From: Eledone cirrhosa
Lineage: Eukaryota
Direction of reading: 5' to 3'
Length of the DNA: 64,000 nt
Assembly (NCBI GenBank): GCA_964016885.1
Contig: OZ024747.1
Coordinates: 58,032,001-58,096,000, forward strand
Shown: piece by piece, positions 15,063 through 29,193 of the stretch
How the letters are laid out: every line of letters begins with the position of its first letter
Numbering within the stretch: position 1 is the stretch's first letter
The notes under the pieces: generated by a model
What the model was told of the DNA's origin: nothing
The model's database searches: none
The model's input: the letters and a program-made list of their open reading frames with translations, nothing else
Made by a program: the position numbers and the translations under genes

Positions 15063-15167
15063 TATTTATACTCCAATCCTATAAACTGTTGTGTGCTACT
15101 TATCCGATATTTGCATTGCGTTATTGTTCTACAATAAAACTCACCTCCTACATATATATATGTATAT

Positions 15168-15360
15168 ATAGGAAAAAGTATGACCCCGACAGCAGACCTC
15201 AAGCCATTTCGACGGCTATTTCTGGACTGAAATAGCCGTCGAAACGGCTTGAGCTCTGCCGTCGGTTTCATACTTTTCCTATTTCCCACTCTACTACCCT
15301 AAGTATTGAGCACTCTGGTGCGTTATCGTCCATCTGGTTCCTTACCACAATTCCTTTTCA
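15168..15360 (+). mobile_element. Fold-back element, GACGGCT family
   Basis: Diverged palindrome plus the tail ctactaccctaagtattgag...ccttaccaca. Confidence 0.8.
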
Positions 15361-15679
15361 TATATATATATATATCCCTGTAAATCAACCTATGTGTAAA
15401 TCTACATGTAAGGGTGCGTGGCTTAGTGGTTATGGGGATTGCCACACCTTCATAACGTGCTAAAATTCCCAGTGGTACCAGTGACCATGATCAAAGGGTT
15501 TTATTTCAAATGTTTCCTGTCCCCTCAGCAGGAGGAAATCATTTTTACTGTAGTTCAAATGGCCAGTCATGTGACATAGTCATCGGGAATCTCCCTGAGT
15601 ATTATTTTAAGATTACATGTATTTGTTACCTGTTCAGTTACTCATTGAATCAAGTTACCCACTGAATCTTGTTTAACTC

Positions 15680-15788
<109 letters not shown>

Positions 15789-16303
15789 ACTAGGTTTCAG
15801 TTTACTATTTGTTTTACCTCCTGTAATATTCCGGGGCGACGAACGATAACCAAATACGTAGAAGGGTTAAAAAATACTAAGAGCTCGGGTCGTTATATGT
15901 ATCAATATATATTCATAGATATGTCTGCGCGTCCGAATATAAATGGACTCAGTAAATGTGGAGCTAGTTGGGTAGAGTGTGCTACTGAGTATGTCGCTAT
16001 TAATTTTTTTAAATTTCATCCGTCGCTTCAACGTAAAATTTAATGTCTCTCGAGTTTTCTATACCAGAAAATTCATGAGATTTTGACTGCATTAATATAT
16101 CATCCTCACTAAATATGACATAGGAAATAAATGATCGTATGCATATGAAGAAATATAGCAGCAAGAAGAGACGTTAATAAGTTTATTTTGAATTATACAC
16201 ACACACACAATATATATATATATACTCACACACGCATATGTATGTGATTATATACGTATGTGATTATATACAAATATGTATATGAATATACATGTATATA
16301 TGA

Positions 16304-16341
<38 letters not shown>

Positions 16342-16476
16342 TTATATATATATATATATATACACACATATATTCATATATCATGTAAATGTGTACATTT
16401 GTATCGATATGTGTGTGTATCTGAGTGTATGTGTGTGTGTGCCTGTTAGTGCTGTATTTATATGCATGTTTGTTGT

Positions 16477-16525
<49 letters not shown>

Positions 16526-16664
16526 TCGTATATAAAATTAGAATGTAAAAGCAAAAATGTAACTGAAAATATATTCTCTTTTATGTGTCTCTACAAAGTG
16601 TGTCTGTGTGTGTATATATATATATTCATATATACATGTATATTCATATACATAACGTATATAA

Positions 16665-16745
<81 letters not shown>

Positions 16746-17174
16746 TATTCTCTCATGAATATCTTTGTGAGATTTCCTCTCTTAAATCACGTGTTTTACG
16801 TTGTACTTAATGTCTGCTATATATAAATATGTATGTAGATGTGACTTTAGAAATTTGCAACACAACATCTCATAAATATATATGCTGTGGAAGAATAAAG
16901 TAAATATACATGCAAGGCACATATTTGCACATCATTCTGTTGCTTTATATAGACTTGCCCAGTTATACATATTCACATATTGTTATGCCATATATCATCA
17001 TTAGCTTTGCGTGAACATCTTTTGATGTATTGGAAAATTTAGTTCTGTGATGCAAAGAAGTTTCCAGGCTGATAAGGAGTTTATATACGTACAGATATAC
17101 ACACATACACACACATAAACGTATACACACACATAAACTTATACACATACATACAAATATACGCACATATATAT

Positions 17175-17341
<167 letters not shown>

Positions 17342-17345
17342 GTGT

Positions 17346-17376
<31 letters not shown>

Positions 17377-17409
17377 GTATAACAATATATATATATATAT
17401 ATATAGTAT

Positions 17410-17455
<46 letters not shown>

Positions 17456-17626
17456 TATATATTATATATGTTTTTGGGTATATTGTCTTGCGGGATTGTA
17501 TATTTTGTTGAAGATCGGTAGACTCACTGAAAAATATACACACAGACACATAACCAAACGGGGATCTACTACATCATTCTATATTTAAAGAGATGACTAT
17601 TTGCATAGATATACAAACAAATACAT

Positions 17627-17761
<135 letters not shown>

Positions 17762-18341
17762 CTCATATATTTATGTATGTGTCTTTGTTTGTTTTCATAT
17801 ATAGAAGTGATATTTTAAGAAAATATTATTTTAAATTCATAGAGGCAACATTGCACGATATATAAGCATACATTGTTTTTTTATATTCTATAAATACGTA
17901 TATAGTTCATGTATTTATTTATATGAATAACACTTTAAATATATCTGTCTAATAATATTTTTTCAAGTATTTAAATTAACGTGCGTGTATACTCTTCATT
18001 ATATGGAATGATTATATATTCGAGACATTTAGTTACTCTGCTAGGGTGCAATATATACTATATGATGGTAATGGCATTTTAATTATAAGTGATGTTATTT
18101 CTACTGCTTTTAGTGTTTTCTGCTCTGCCTGAATTTGTGTTTATCTCGCATATTTACCTCGCTTATTTCTGTTTTTGAAACTAGAAAATATTACTCGTAT
18201 TGTTCTTCTACTCTTGAAAATTAGCTTTCATTTGAATTATCTTTACATTAGGATTTTTACTAACAAATAGTGTATTTCGAGCAAGAGGAACTAAATTGTT
18301 CACGTATTACATTTCGGGCATTATTGTTTAATATACGCCGA

Positions 18342-18644
18342 TAGAGGGTTGGATATAGACCTTGGGCGGCCCGAGGCACTTCAGGTTTGGGGGCCACTCA
18401 TACACAAATAATTAGAATTACACAGCAAACCCTCCAATTTTACATATCAAATTTAACTTGGCACACGTAATTGGAATTGAAAAGTTGTAATTACAGGTAA
18501 TAAATTCAAAGCTTCTAACCATCCTTAGGAACTTAAAAGCCCATCTGAGGACATACATAAATTGCTACGTCTCTCGCTGGTGGGGCCCTCACTGCATGTG
18601 GCCCTTGAAAATTGACCCCTTTGCCACTATTATATCCGCCCTTG
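18342..18644. mobile_element. Possible hAT-like MITE
   Basis: Imperfect TIRs AGGGTTGGATATA / TATATCCGCCCTTG with GC-rich subterminal ggggcc motifs. Confidence 0.45.
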
Positions 18645-18853
18645 CATCTATAACCTTTTCTTCAATGATAGTTCGAGCATTATTTCATCAACTAAGAAGA
18701 ACTCATATATTTACTTTGTTGTGTTGAATGATATACACCTATCTGTATAATTTTCATTGTTTCTCATCGAAGCATATATACCACCTTTAATATCATCGCT
18801 GGTGTTGTCATGTACCTCTATCTGCATTTCATTATTTGGCTACAGAGGGCGGT

Positions 18854-19024
18854 GGGTTGGCAGTATCGTAGAGGTTCGGCGCCATGCTTTGTCGCATATA
18901 GTTACGGCCCTTGCCATTCGGAATTCAAATCCCGCCGAGGTTAACTTTGCCTTTCATACTTACGGGGTCGATAAAATAAAGTACCAGTAATTGCTGGCCG
19001 TGTGCCAAAAGTAGAAACAATTAT
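18854..19024 (+). mobile_element. SINE, major family
   Basis: Collinear with the 43605 copy. Confidence 0.85.
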
Positions 19025-20638
19025 TTGGCTAAAGTTTCGAACTCGTACATCCACCACACTTAGCACACCATATATTTTTAATGATTTCTGAAAGGAATAT
19101 TGTGTTTATCTATTTACAGCCATCATTACAATATTGCAGATACCATTAGGGTCATTCTGATTCAAGTTATATTTGAAGGCACAGGTTTTCTAAATTAATA
19201 TCTGTCTGTGTTGGTAATATCTTAACTTGATTACCTCTGTCCATTCTTCATGCACGTTTTGGCGGATAAGGAAATCATCACGGTCATTGTCATTTCCTCC
19301 CAGACAGTAAAAAATATACGACGCAGATCAGGGAAAAGTCTCATGTTTCGAAGGTCTTCTTTCAGCCAATATAGGCTCAAATATGTAGAGAGGTATTTTG
19401 CTGCTATATTTACGTTTATAACTAGTGTCATTTTGTAAGCCTTTTTAGACTGTTATGTAGATTCTATTAGTTTTTAAAAGATTTTCAGTTGGATTTTACA
19501 CATACAAAGAATTTGAACTAAATACAGCAGATTATAAAACTGATCCTAACTTTAACACAATCATTAAATTTACCAATATCTAGTTTATAACTCAGGTAGT
19601 ATACTAAATTTATTCCGTATCATCACATATCACACGCAGTGTGATATGTGATTAGTAACACAGTAGTTTGTCATCGCTTATGTATATATCGTGAGCTTTA
19701 CTTGAACACTTTATCCTTTCAACCTTATCTTTACTATCAATTAGGCCTGTTATGGTATAACCAATAGCTTTATTTTCGTAAAGAAATATATAAAAACGTT
19801 TTAGAATTTCGATGTTTAATAGAAATAATTAATTCAAATTTGAATGAGGTCAGAATACAATTCATAGATCAAATAAACCACTAAGGGATTTTAGATTTAT
19901 CACAAATATTATTGAAATGTGTTTACTTATGCATTCAATTTCGTTATTCCTAATAGCTCACACTTATTCCCGCCTGAATACTGAGGAATTGATAATGTAA
20001 CACACGTTGAAGAAACTATAAATGTCATAAAATTAATCAAGATACGTCTAACTATGTCAGGTTCACATGATTCAATGAAAGCATCACTCTTTATCAAATT
20101 TACATAAATACATTTCAGATGATTTGGTATATTTTTAGTATAGCTTCAGCGAACCGCCTCCAAAAATTATTTCGTTTGTATGCTGCCATCATTTATGCAT
20201 GAAATGACATTGCGAGGTAACTGTACCATGATTTGTGATCGGCTTTTAACTAGGAAAATATCGAAGCTATTCTAGTGATAAAGGGGATTAAAATATGTAA
20301 TTCTCTACAGATTACAGTAGATTTTTGAATAAAAACGAATGTTTAAACTATTCATGAAACCAGACATCTATCCATTCATCCATTCAATAGTATAATGGCA
20401 TGATTATCAATTTATCCCCAAACACACACGCATACACACAAACGCACACCCACACACACACATATATATATATATACATATATAGACATGTACATATATA
20501 TATAAATACATATATATATACATATATATATATACATAGTCATATATATACATATACATACATACACATATATATATATATACACATACATAGATATAAA
20601 TGTGCATATACATATATATATATATATATATTTATATA

Positions 20639-20741
<103 letters not shown>

Positions 20742-21596
20742 TTATGTGTACGTATGTGTGCAGACAAAAGAATACATGTAAGTATATATTTTTTACAACA
20801 TGAATTATTCCCATGAGAAAGGAGTTTGTTTCTGACATGAAAATGCTTCATCGCAGGAATTTTGATAACGATAATGATTGAATGTCACGTGTTAAAGTTT
20901 AGAAAAGTCTTGCATCTTTTTTCCATATTAATTTTTCCAACATGCGTGTTAGTCTGTGAGTTTTATTTTATGGAACACTAGCTTTCCAAGATTTCCCAGA
21001 GGGATTCTGTAACATGAGTTATTGCATCAATAATTATTGTTTTAAATCTGAACTTACAGTATGGGTAAAACATTTCGCCCAGTTTGCAATTATTCTGATA
21101 TTCATTTACAGAGGAGTTGACATCTTTGATAAAACATATCTGTTCTGTCTCATACAGGTAGATATAGATGTTTGTCGAAACGCATATGAAATATATTTAT
21201 ATATTATTAGCGGCACAAAAAGAAGTATATATGCGAATGCATATGTAAGTATTTTTTCATGCCTGTAGGTATATACATACACCCTTACGTACAGACACAC
21301 ACACACATACGCACACATACATACACACACGCACAAGCACAAACATATGTACATACATATATAGATACATACGTAAAAGGATAGCTGTCAAAACTGCGAA
21401 ATGCCGTCAATGAATATGTCGGGTAAAATATTACCTGAAAGGACAGGAATCAACAGCTGGAAGTAGGTTGGTCCGCAGAAGTAATTGGGAGAGAGGAAGA
21501 AAGGAAGAAAATGGGGAAATGGTATTGTACGAGACAAAATCACACAGATATTATCTTCCGTCTTCAGCTTTCATACCGGAATGCAGTTTCGCACGA

Positions 21597-21680
<84 letters not shown>

Positions 21681-21832
21681 AGGGGGGGGGGGTGTCTGTG
21701 TGTGTGGGTGTATATGTGCGTGTGTGTGTGTATGTGTGTGTGTCCTTTTCCATATCTGACTAGTTCTACCTCTATCACTTACGCATTTCATACAGACATG
21801 CAGATAACATTGTATATATGTACTTAAACATA

Positions 21833-21920
<88 letters not shown>

Positions 21921-22081
21921 ACATAAACTATATATTTATTTATTTACATATGTATACGTATATTTTGTGTACATCTATATGTTGTTCATGTACATACATG
22001 TGTATATATATATAAAAAGAAATAAAGAGATAAAAGAGAGAAAACTAAAACTGACATATACTAACATCAATCAATAGGTAG

Positions 22082-22145
<64 letters not shown>

Positions 22146-22224
22146 ACATATATAAATACACATATATCTATACATGCATACATATTTACATACATAGATA
22201 CCTACATACGTACATATATATACT

Positions 22225-22275
<51 letters not shown>

Positions 22276-22685
22276 CCTTGTATCCTTTCATGACTCATGT
22301 TACTGTGCACTACGTCCGGGAATATTATTGTTATTCTAGTGGCATTTTGTAAAGAGGAAAGGATGGGGTTTTGAAAGTTTTCGACAATATAATCCTATCA
22401 TTTAAATTTCGCTTGCAGTGAGTCTCTTGTAAATGTTTCATGTTTTCATAGGGGAATTACTTTTCAAAGAACTCCATTGTGATTTCTACACAGATCGCTG
22501 ATTGCACAAACTCAGTGCAACTTTGAAATTAGAATTGCCTCTCCAAATATGTAACAAAACAAATTTGTATATAGATTCCCCTCTTGCTTGATTTAGCATC
22601 TCTATAAAATGTCTATTCTTTCTCCCCAATGATACCATCGAATACGTACACTTATTTTCGCACTGAATAACCATCAGCGCCACCG

Positions 22686-22772
<87 letters not shown>

Positions 22773-22782
22773 CACACACGTT

Positions 22783-22816
<34 letters not shown>

Positions 22817-23014
22817 AATGTAAACATAAAAACATACATATTTTAGAGAGTAAATGCTTTATTTAAACTAACAATATACGTCAATCTATGTATATATTCA
22901 TATATCGACACCAATACAAACGTGTATCTAAACAAATACACACATCTTAATCTATATCGTTGCAATGTTAATATATCTGCAATATATCTCTGTCTTTTAT
23001 AAATATATATACAC

Positions 23015-23057
<43 letters not shown>

Positions 23058-23084
23058 CTTATATACATATATATGTATTGTATA

Positions 23085-23173
<89 letters not shown>

Positions 23174-23206
23174 CATATACTTATATACATATATATGTAT
23201 TGTATA

Positions 23207-23276
<70 letters not shown>

Positions 23277-23279
<3 letters not shown>

Positions 23280-23471
23280 GGAACCAGTAAGACCCCGACG
23301 GCTGAACTCAAGCCGTTTCGACGGCTAATTCTGGTCCAGAATTAGCCGTCGAAACGGCTTGAGCTCAGCCGTCGGGGTCTTACTGGTTCCTATTACCCAC
23401 TCTACTACCCTAAGTATTGAGTACTTTGGTGCGTTATGGTCCACCTGGTTCCTTACCACATTTCCTTCGTT
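23277..23471 (+). mobile_element. Fold-back non-autonomous element, 'GACGGCT' family
   Basis: Palindrome 23277-23393 centred at 23335, plus a unique tail to 23471; (TA)n flanks. Confidence 0.85.
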
Positions 23472-23559
23472 ATATATATATATATATATATATTATGAAG
23501 AGAGAAGAAACATTTAGATATAATTAGTAATAAAATGTATCATACCTAAACTGCTCCTA

Positions 23560-23656
23560 GATTCCTCGACTACGTAGTTTCGTGGCATAAACAAAAACAA
23601 TACATCATAAAGATATAGAGTCCTTGCGAGGTCTGCCGACTTATCAAGAGGATATC
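23560..23656 (-). ncRNA. Type I hammerhead ribozyme, U3-A8 core variant (unit 1)
   Basis: GAUAUCCUC-UUGAUAA-GUCGGCA...UGCCAC-GAAA-CUACGUAG-UC-GAGGAAUC. Palindromic stem III, GUC triplet. Confidence 0.75.
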
Positions 23657-24132
23657 TCATTTTACTAGCCTCAAGAACGCGTCTACACGACGTGAGAAAG
23701 AATCCCAAAAGGCGGAGGGGGAGATAGTCACGCGATATAACGGTCGAGAAACAGAGCTAAGCCTCTTATAACCCCGAAGAAAATACCAGGGAGGCGGAGG
23801 GGGTATTTATATCGAAGCCGTAGAAGAGGTGGTGAAGGAGGCGAGAAGTATGAGTAATGGCAGCTTTCCAGCAGTCACCACACTTCAAAGATTACTCAAC
23901 CAGAGGGAGTTATTAACAGTATATTTAGAAACACACATATACATGAATGCATCCACACCCAACCGTGAGTTAAGGGTGCCAACCTCACCGATGTTGCTCA
24001 ATGAATGACTGGGACAGACCAATCCGGTTGAACTAGACTGAACCAGTATCAGAGTTAAAAATACATTATGAAGAGAGAAGAAACATTTAGATATAATTAG
24101 TAATAAAATGTATCATACCTAAACTGCTCCTA

Positions 24133-24229
24133 GATTCCTCGACTACGTAGTTTCGTGGCATAAACAAAAACAATACATCATAAAGATATAGAGTCCTTGC
24201 GAGGTCTGCCGACTTATCAAGAGGATATC
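24133..24229 (-). ncRNA. Type I hammerhead ribozyme, U3-A8 core variant (unit 2)
   Basis: Same sequence as the unit 1 HHR, 573 bp away. Confidence 0.75.
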
Positions 24230-24724
24230 TCATTTTACTAGCCTCAAGAACGCGTCTACACGACGTGAGAAAGAATCCCAAAAGGCGGAGGGGGAGATAG
24301 TCACGCGATATAACGGTCGAGAAACAGAGCTAAGCCTCTTATAACCCCGAAGAAAATACCACGGAGGCGGAGGGGGTATTTATATAGAAGCCGTGGATAG
24401 GTGGTGAAGGAGGCGAGAAGTATGAGTAATGGCAGCTTTCAAGCAGTCACCACACTTCAAAGATTACTCAACCAGAGGGAGTTATTAACAATATATTTAG
24501 AAACACACATATACATGCAGACACACACATATACATGAATGCATCCACACCCAACCGTGAGTTAAGGGTGCCAACCTCAGCGATGTTGCTCAATGAATGA
24601 CTACGACAGACCAATCCGGTTGAACTAGACTGAACCAGTATCAGAGTTAAAAATACATTATGCACAGAGAAGAAACATTTAGATATAATTAGTAATAAAA
24701 TGTATCATACCTAAACTGCTCCTA

Positions 24725-24821
24725 GATTCCTCAACTACGTAGTTTCGTGGCATAAACAAAAACAATACATCATAAAGATATAGAGTCCTTGCGAGGTCTG
24801 CCAACTTATCAAGAGGATACC
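24725..24821 (-). ncRNA. Type I hammerhead ribozyme, U3-A8 variant (unit 3, GUU triplet)
   Basis: Same architecture with a few substitutions; cleavage triplet is GUU. Confidence 0.7.
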
Positions 24822-25243
24822 TCATTTTACTAGCCTCAAGAACGCGTCTACGCGACGTGAGAAAGAATCCCAAAAGGCGGAGGGGGAGATAGTCACGCGA
24901 TATAACGGTCGAGAAACAGAGCTAAGCCTCTTATATATCTTTATGATGTATTGTTTCTATATCTTTATGATGTATTGTTTTTGTTTATGCCACGAAACTA
25001 CGTAGTTGAGGAATCTAGGAGCAGTTTAGGTATGATACATTTTATTACTAATTATATCTAAATGTTTCTTCTCTCTTCATAATGTATTTTTAACTCTGAT
25101 ACTGGTTCAGTCTAGTTCAACCGGATTGGTCTGTCCCAGTCATTCATTGAGCAACATCGGTGAGGTTGGCACCCTTAACTCACGGTTGGGTGTGGATGCA
25201 TTCATGTATATGTGTGTGTCCGCATGTATATGTGTGTTTCTAA

Positions 25244-25309
<66 letters not shown>

Positions 25310-25352
25310 TATATATATATGTATATATATATATAATATGTTTGTATGTATA

Positions 25353-25434
<82 letters not shown>

Positions 25435-25472
25435 TATAATATATATATATATGCATATAGAATGTATATGCA

Positions 25473-26260
25473 TATAAAGGCTATAGTAAATAGTGTCCAG
25501 AAACGCATTAATAGAATATCAGCCAATAAAGCAATATTTGATGATAATGCAGCATACTACAATGATGCGTTCAAAAGAGCAGGTTATGAGAATAATATAG
25601 AATATGTAGATAATAATAATCCAAGTGTTAATCCTGATAAAGATAACGGCATATATAATCGAAACTCTAATATTTATAATTCAAACACCCATACGGCAAA
25701 CATATTGAGGAAAAGAACTAGAACTAAATCAGACTTATGGTTTTCCCCTCTGCTTCGGTAGCAGTTAGAACACCAATTGCCAACCTATTCATTAAAGCTT
25801 TGGACAGCTCTTTCCCTACTCAACATAAATACCATTCCATTTTTAATAGACACACTATTAAATTATCCTATTCTACAACTATGAATATGGCCCAAAACAT
25901 TGCTAAATTAAACAGTAAAATTCTAAAGCAGAATCAGCATAATGATCTCAATAATACTGTAACGTAAACAATAATAACCCAAAATGTAATTGTAGAAATT
26001 AAATTGATTGCCCTCTGCAAAATAATTGTTCGGATAGTAATTTGGTGTATATATGCACCGTAAAAACTGATTACAACATATACAACTACATAGGATCGAC
26101 TTGCTCATTTTCGAATTCCAAGAGGAAATCATCCACTTCTTTATCACAGCTTATATGGTCATTAAAAGATAAGAATTCATAATACTCCATCTTCAACAGT
26201 TGAAAATCTCAATGGCCTATAAAACTTTAATATTGGTTTATCTTATAACCAACTATAAAG
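25473..26260 (+). pseudogene. Penelope-like element RT thumb/linker + GIY-YIG remnant
   Basis: [101 protein letters not shown] and SLSQLIWSLKD, across frameshifts. Confidence 0.9.
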
Positions 26261-26860
26261 GAAATAACGTTTGAATGAATGACACTTGTTTAATAACATG
26301 CTGGCAGGTTGATATACATAACATATGGTTGTTTCAATATTATTAACTTTGATCCATACCATTATTTCTCTATCTTTATTTTTTCTATTTCTGTTTTAAA
26401 TATAGTTTAAATATCCAACCTGTACATGTTTACAGACCTTATTTTGAACTGTTGATCATTCATGCGTTTACACTCTTATATAGATGTATGTATCTAACTT
26501 ATGCATGTTTGAATCTATTATCTAAGATTATAATCGTTATCATTTACCAAAAGCATACTGTCTCATTATTACTTAGTATATCTCTCTATACGTAATTTTT
26601 GCAAATATGTTTATATTGTATAATAACATAATCATATTAATAGTTACGTATATCTCTGCATTTAGTCTTTTGCATCTATATTTATAATGTATAATAACAT
26701 AATCATAATTATTGTTTCGGTATAACGCTATTTATAGTTTGTGCAAATATAAATATATTGTACAATAACATAATCATTATTTAGAGTTCATTCTTCCCTT
26801 GAAGGTAGAACTAATATAGTGATTTAATATAATATAATAAACGTTAATTTATTACGATAA

Positions 26861-27023
<163 letters not shown>

Positions 27024-27744
27024 TATTTATATATATATATAGCTAAAAACTCTGCGTTAATCATTTACTTTCGACAATGTATCTACTTGTCAATAAATTC
27101 CTTGATATTTGTAACAGTAAGTACTTCATAAATTATACATACCAAAAATGTTGACACTGCTATAAGCAATTTTCTTAAAGATTACATTTAAGTGAATATT
27201 GAACACTGTATTTTTTTTTTCGCGGGCCTAGTAAATCCTTTAAATTTGTTTTCATTAAACTCAGAATTTTAGAAATGTTACACATTTTAAAAAATTTATA
27301 AAATTAATAAAATTAATATAAATAACCATCAACTTTTAAAACCTAAAATTTTGATTCTTCACCCTAAAATAACATTAATTAAAGATTTTGAAATTTAACC
27401 GCTATGTCTATATGTGGAAAATTGTTTGCATAAATTACTCTTCTTTATCTCTCCCTCTCTTTAATTATCTATCGGTTGCTTTCGTAAGCCAAAAACTTTA
27501 TTAACATTATAACTCCAGAGATGTCTTCCTCTATAATCCTAATTTCTAGTATCCCACATTTTAAAAACTCTATAATTGTTACATTAAAGCAATGTTCTTC
27601 TTAAGCATACCTTCTCTAATGATTCTATTATGTTTTCGCATTTTCTCATTATTAGGCTATAAATGTTGAGTTTTCTCATAAGTTAATCACTACCTTGATT
27701 ACTCTTAATCATTTAACATCTCAGGGTATGTCATGTATCATTTT

Positions 27745-27797
27745 ATTTTATCTGATGAGGACGTACTATTGTACCTCTGAAATATGTATAATAAAAT
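27745..27797 (+). ncRNA. Minimal type I hammerhead ribozyme (PLE-type)
   Basis: AUUUUAU-CUGAUGA-GGACGUACUAUUGUACCUCU-GAAA-UAUGUA-UA-AUAAAAU, with a perfect 7-bp stem I. Confidence 0.8.
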
Positions 27798-27840
27798 TTA
27801 ATTGATCACAGGAACATCTATTTTATTATATTTTAATATA

Positions 27841-27899
<59 letters not shown>

Positions 27900-28004
27900 T
27901 CCATTTGTTTAATATCGTAAACCTACTCCAAAATTTGTTGAGTGCTTTTATATCAGTTATAAAATATTTACTCGTTGTAACCCAACAATTTTAAATAAAA
28001 CTTT

Positions 28005-28087
<83 letters not shown>

Positions 28088-28984
28088 GTATATACATATA
28101 TATATATATGCACACGCATAATATGCTTGTATTTACACATATGAATAATATGTTTATGTACACGCGTGCCTGTATGTGGGAGGAGATAGTTTTATATCTC
28201 TGTCCTCTTAAATTTTCTATAATTTGGAGTCACATACACACTCCATTTGTCTGAGAGGAGAATTACCCGTGCCCACAAATTAGTACATGCCTGTATCCAC
28301 TTATATTTTCCTAACATATATCAAAGAAGAAAAATATATAGGTATAGAACCCAAAATACAATCTAACCAAACATATTTAAGTGAAGCTATTCAATAACCA
28401 ATATATGACACGTTTCTCTACAGCTTTAAGTATTCTTGTACTAGTAAGGAAGTTCTTATTTCTTTTGATATTTTTCATTACTGTAGTAGTTCATACTGCA
28501 TCATAATTACGCTTAAGTTTACTGATGATCTTTGTTACTCCGTAAGATGGCATCCTGATGATATATACTAGGATTCTTGTATATGTCGTGTAGCGTGACT
28601 CAACTTTCTGAGTATTAGTAATGGTGCAAGACCAAATTATTGCAGTGTAATGATTAATTATAATTTAGTTACTGAGCAAACCACGATCAATCATGATGTG
28701 CAAAGAAGGGATAACAATTTATAAACATTTCCGCCGACATATTAGCCCGGTATTCTTCTATGTTGGCAAGCAGTCTAACAGATTTTTTCGTCGCAAATAC
28801 AGAACCTGTTACTCTCTCGAACGCCATCAGACTGACATAATCTGTTGGTTTGGTTTTACTATTTATTCATTTCGATGGGGTTTTGAGAAATAGACTTACT
28901 TACATACATATATGATGATGGCTATCCCCTCGTTATCGAGTATGACCATTGCACGATTTAAAATTATTAATAATTATTAATTAA

Positions 28985-29193
28985 TGATTTCTAGTATAGC
29001 CCCAAGGCCAGTAATTTGGGAGGAGGGGGAAAGTCGATTATATCGATCCCAGTACGTTACTGTTGCTTTATTTTATCGACCCCTTAAGGATGAAAGGCAA
29101 AGTTAACCTCGGCGGGATTTGAACTCAAACCATAAAGGGCCGTAACTCTATGATGCAAAGCATGGTGTCCGAGCCTCTACTAATACTGCCAAT
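28985..29193 (-). mobile_element. SINE, major family, long variant
   Basis: Core present plus an extra gtcgattatatcgat/ggaggagggg segment. Confidence 0.82.

Larger units (their letters stand above)
23492..25250 (-). repeat. Tandem array of 573/592-bp HHR-bearing units (2.5 copies) plus an inverted partial unit
   Basis: Unit starts at 23492, 24065 and 24657. The third unit stops near 24935, then an inverted copy runs 24934-25250. (TA)n on both flanks. Repeated ORF translations (MGFFLTS...) confirm the repeat. Confidence 0.95.

Noticed and set aside
23514-24873. Three near-identical 64-aa ORFs (MGFFLTS...)
   Set aside because: By-product of the tandem repeat overlapping the ribozyme; non-ATG start and no recognisable domain.
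23492-24935. CRISPR-like array
   Set aside because: Units are about 580 bp and repeated in full, with no unique spacers or cas genes, in a eukaryotic context.
25980-26030. Selenocysteine (UGA) recoding as reported for some Naiad PLEs
   Set aside because: Conserved Cys positions in the remnants use TGT/TGC and the stop here is TAA, consistent with simple decay.
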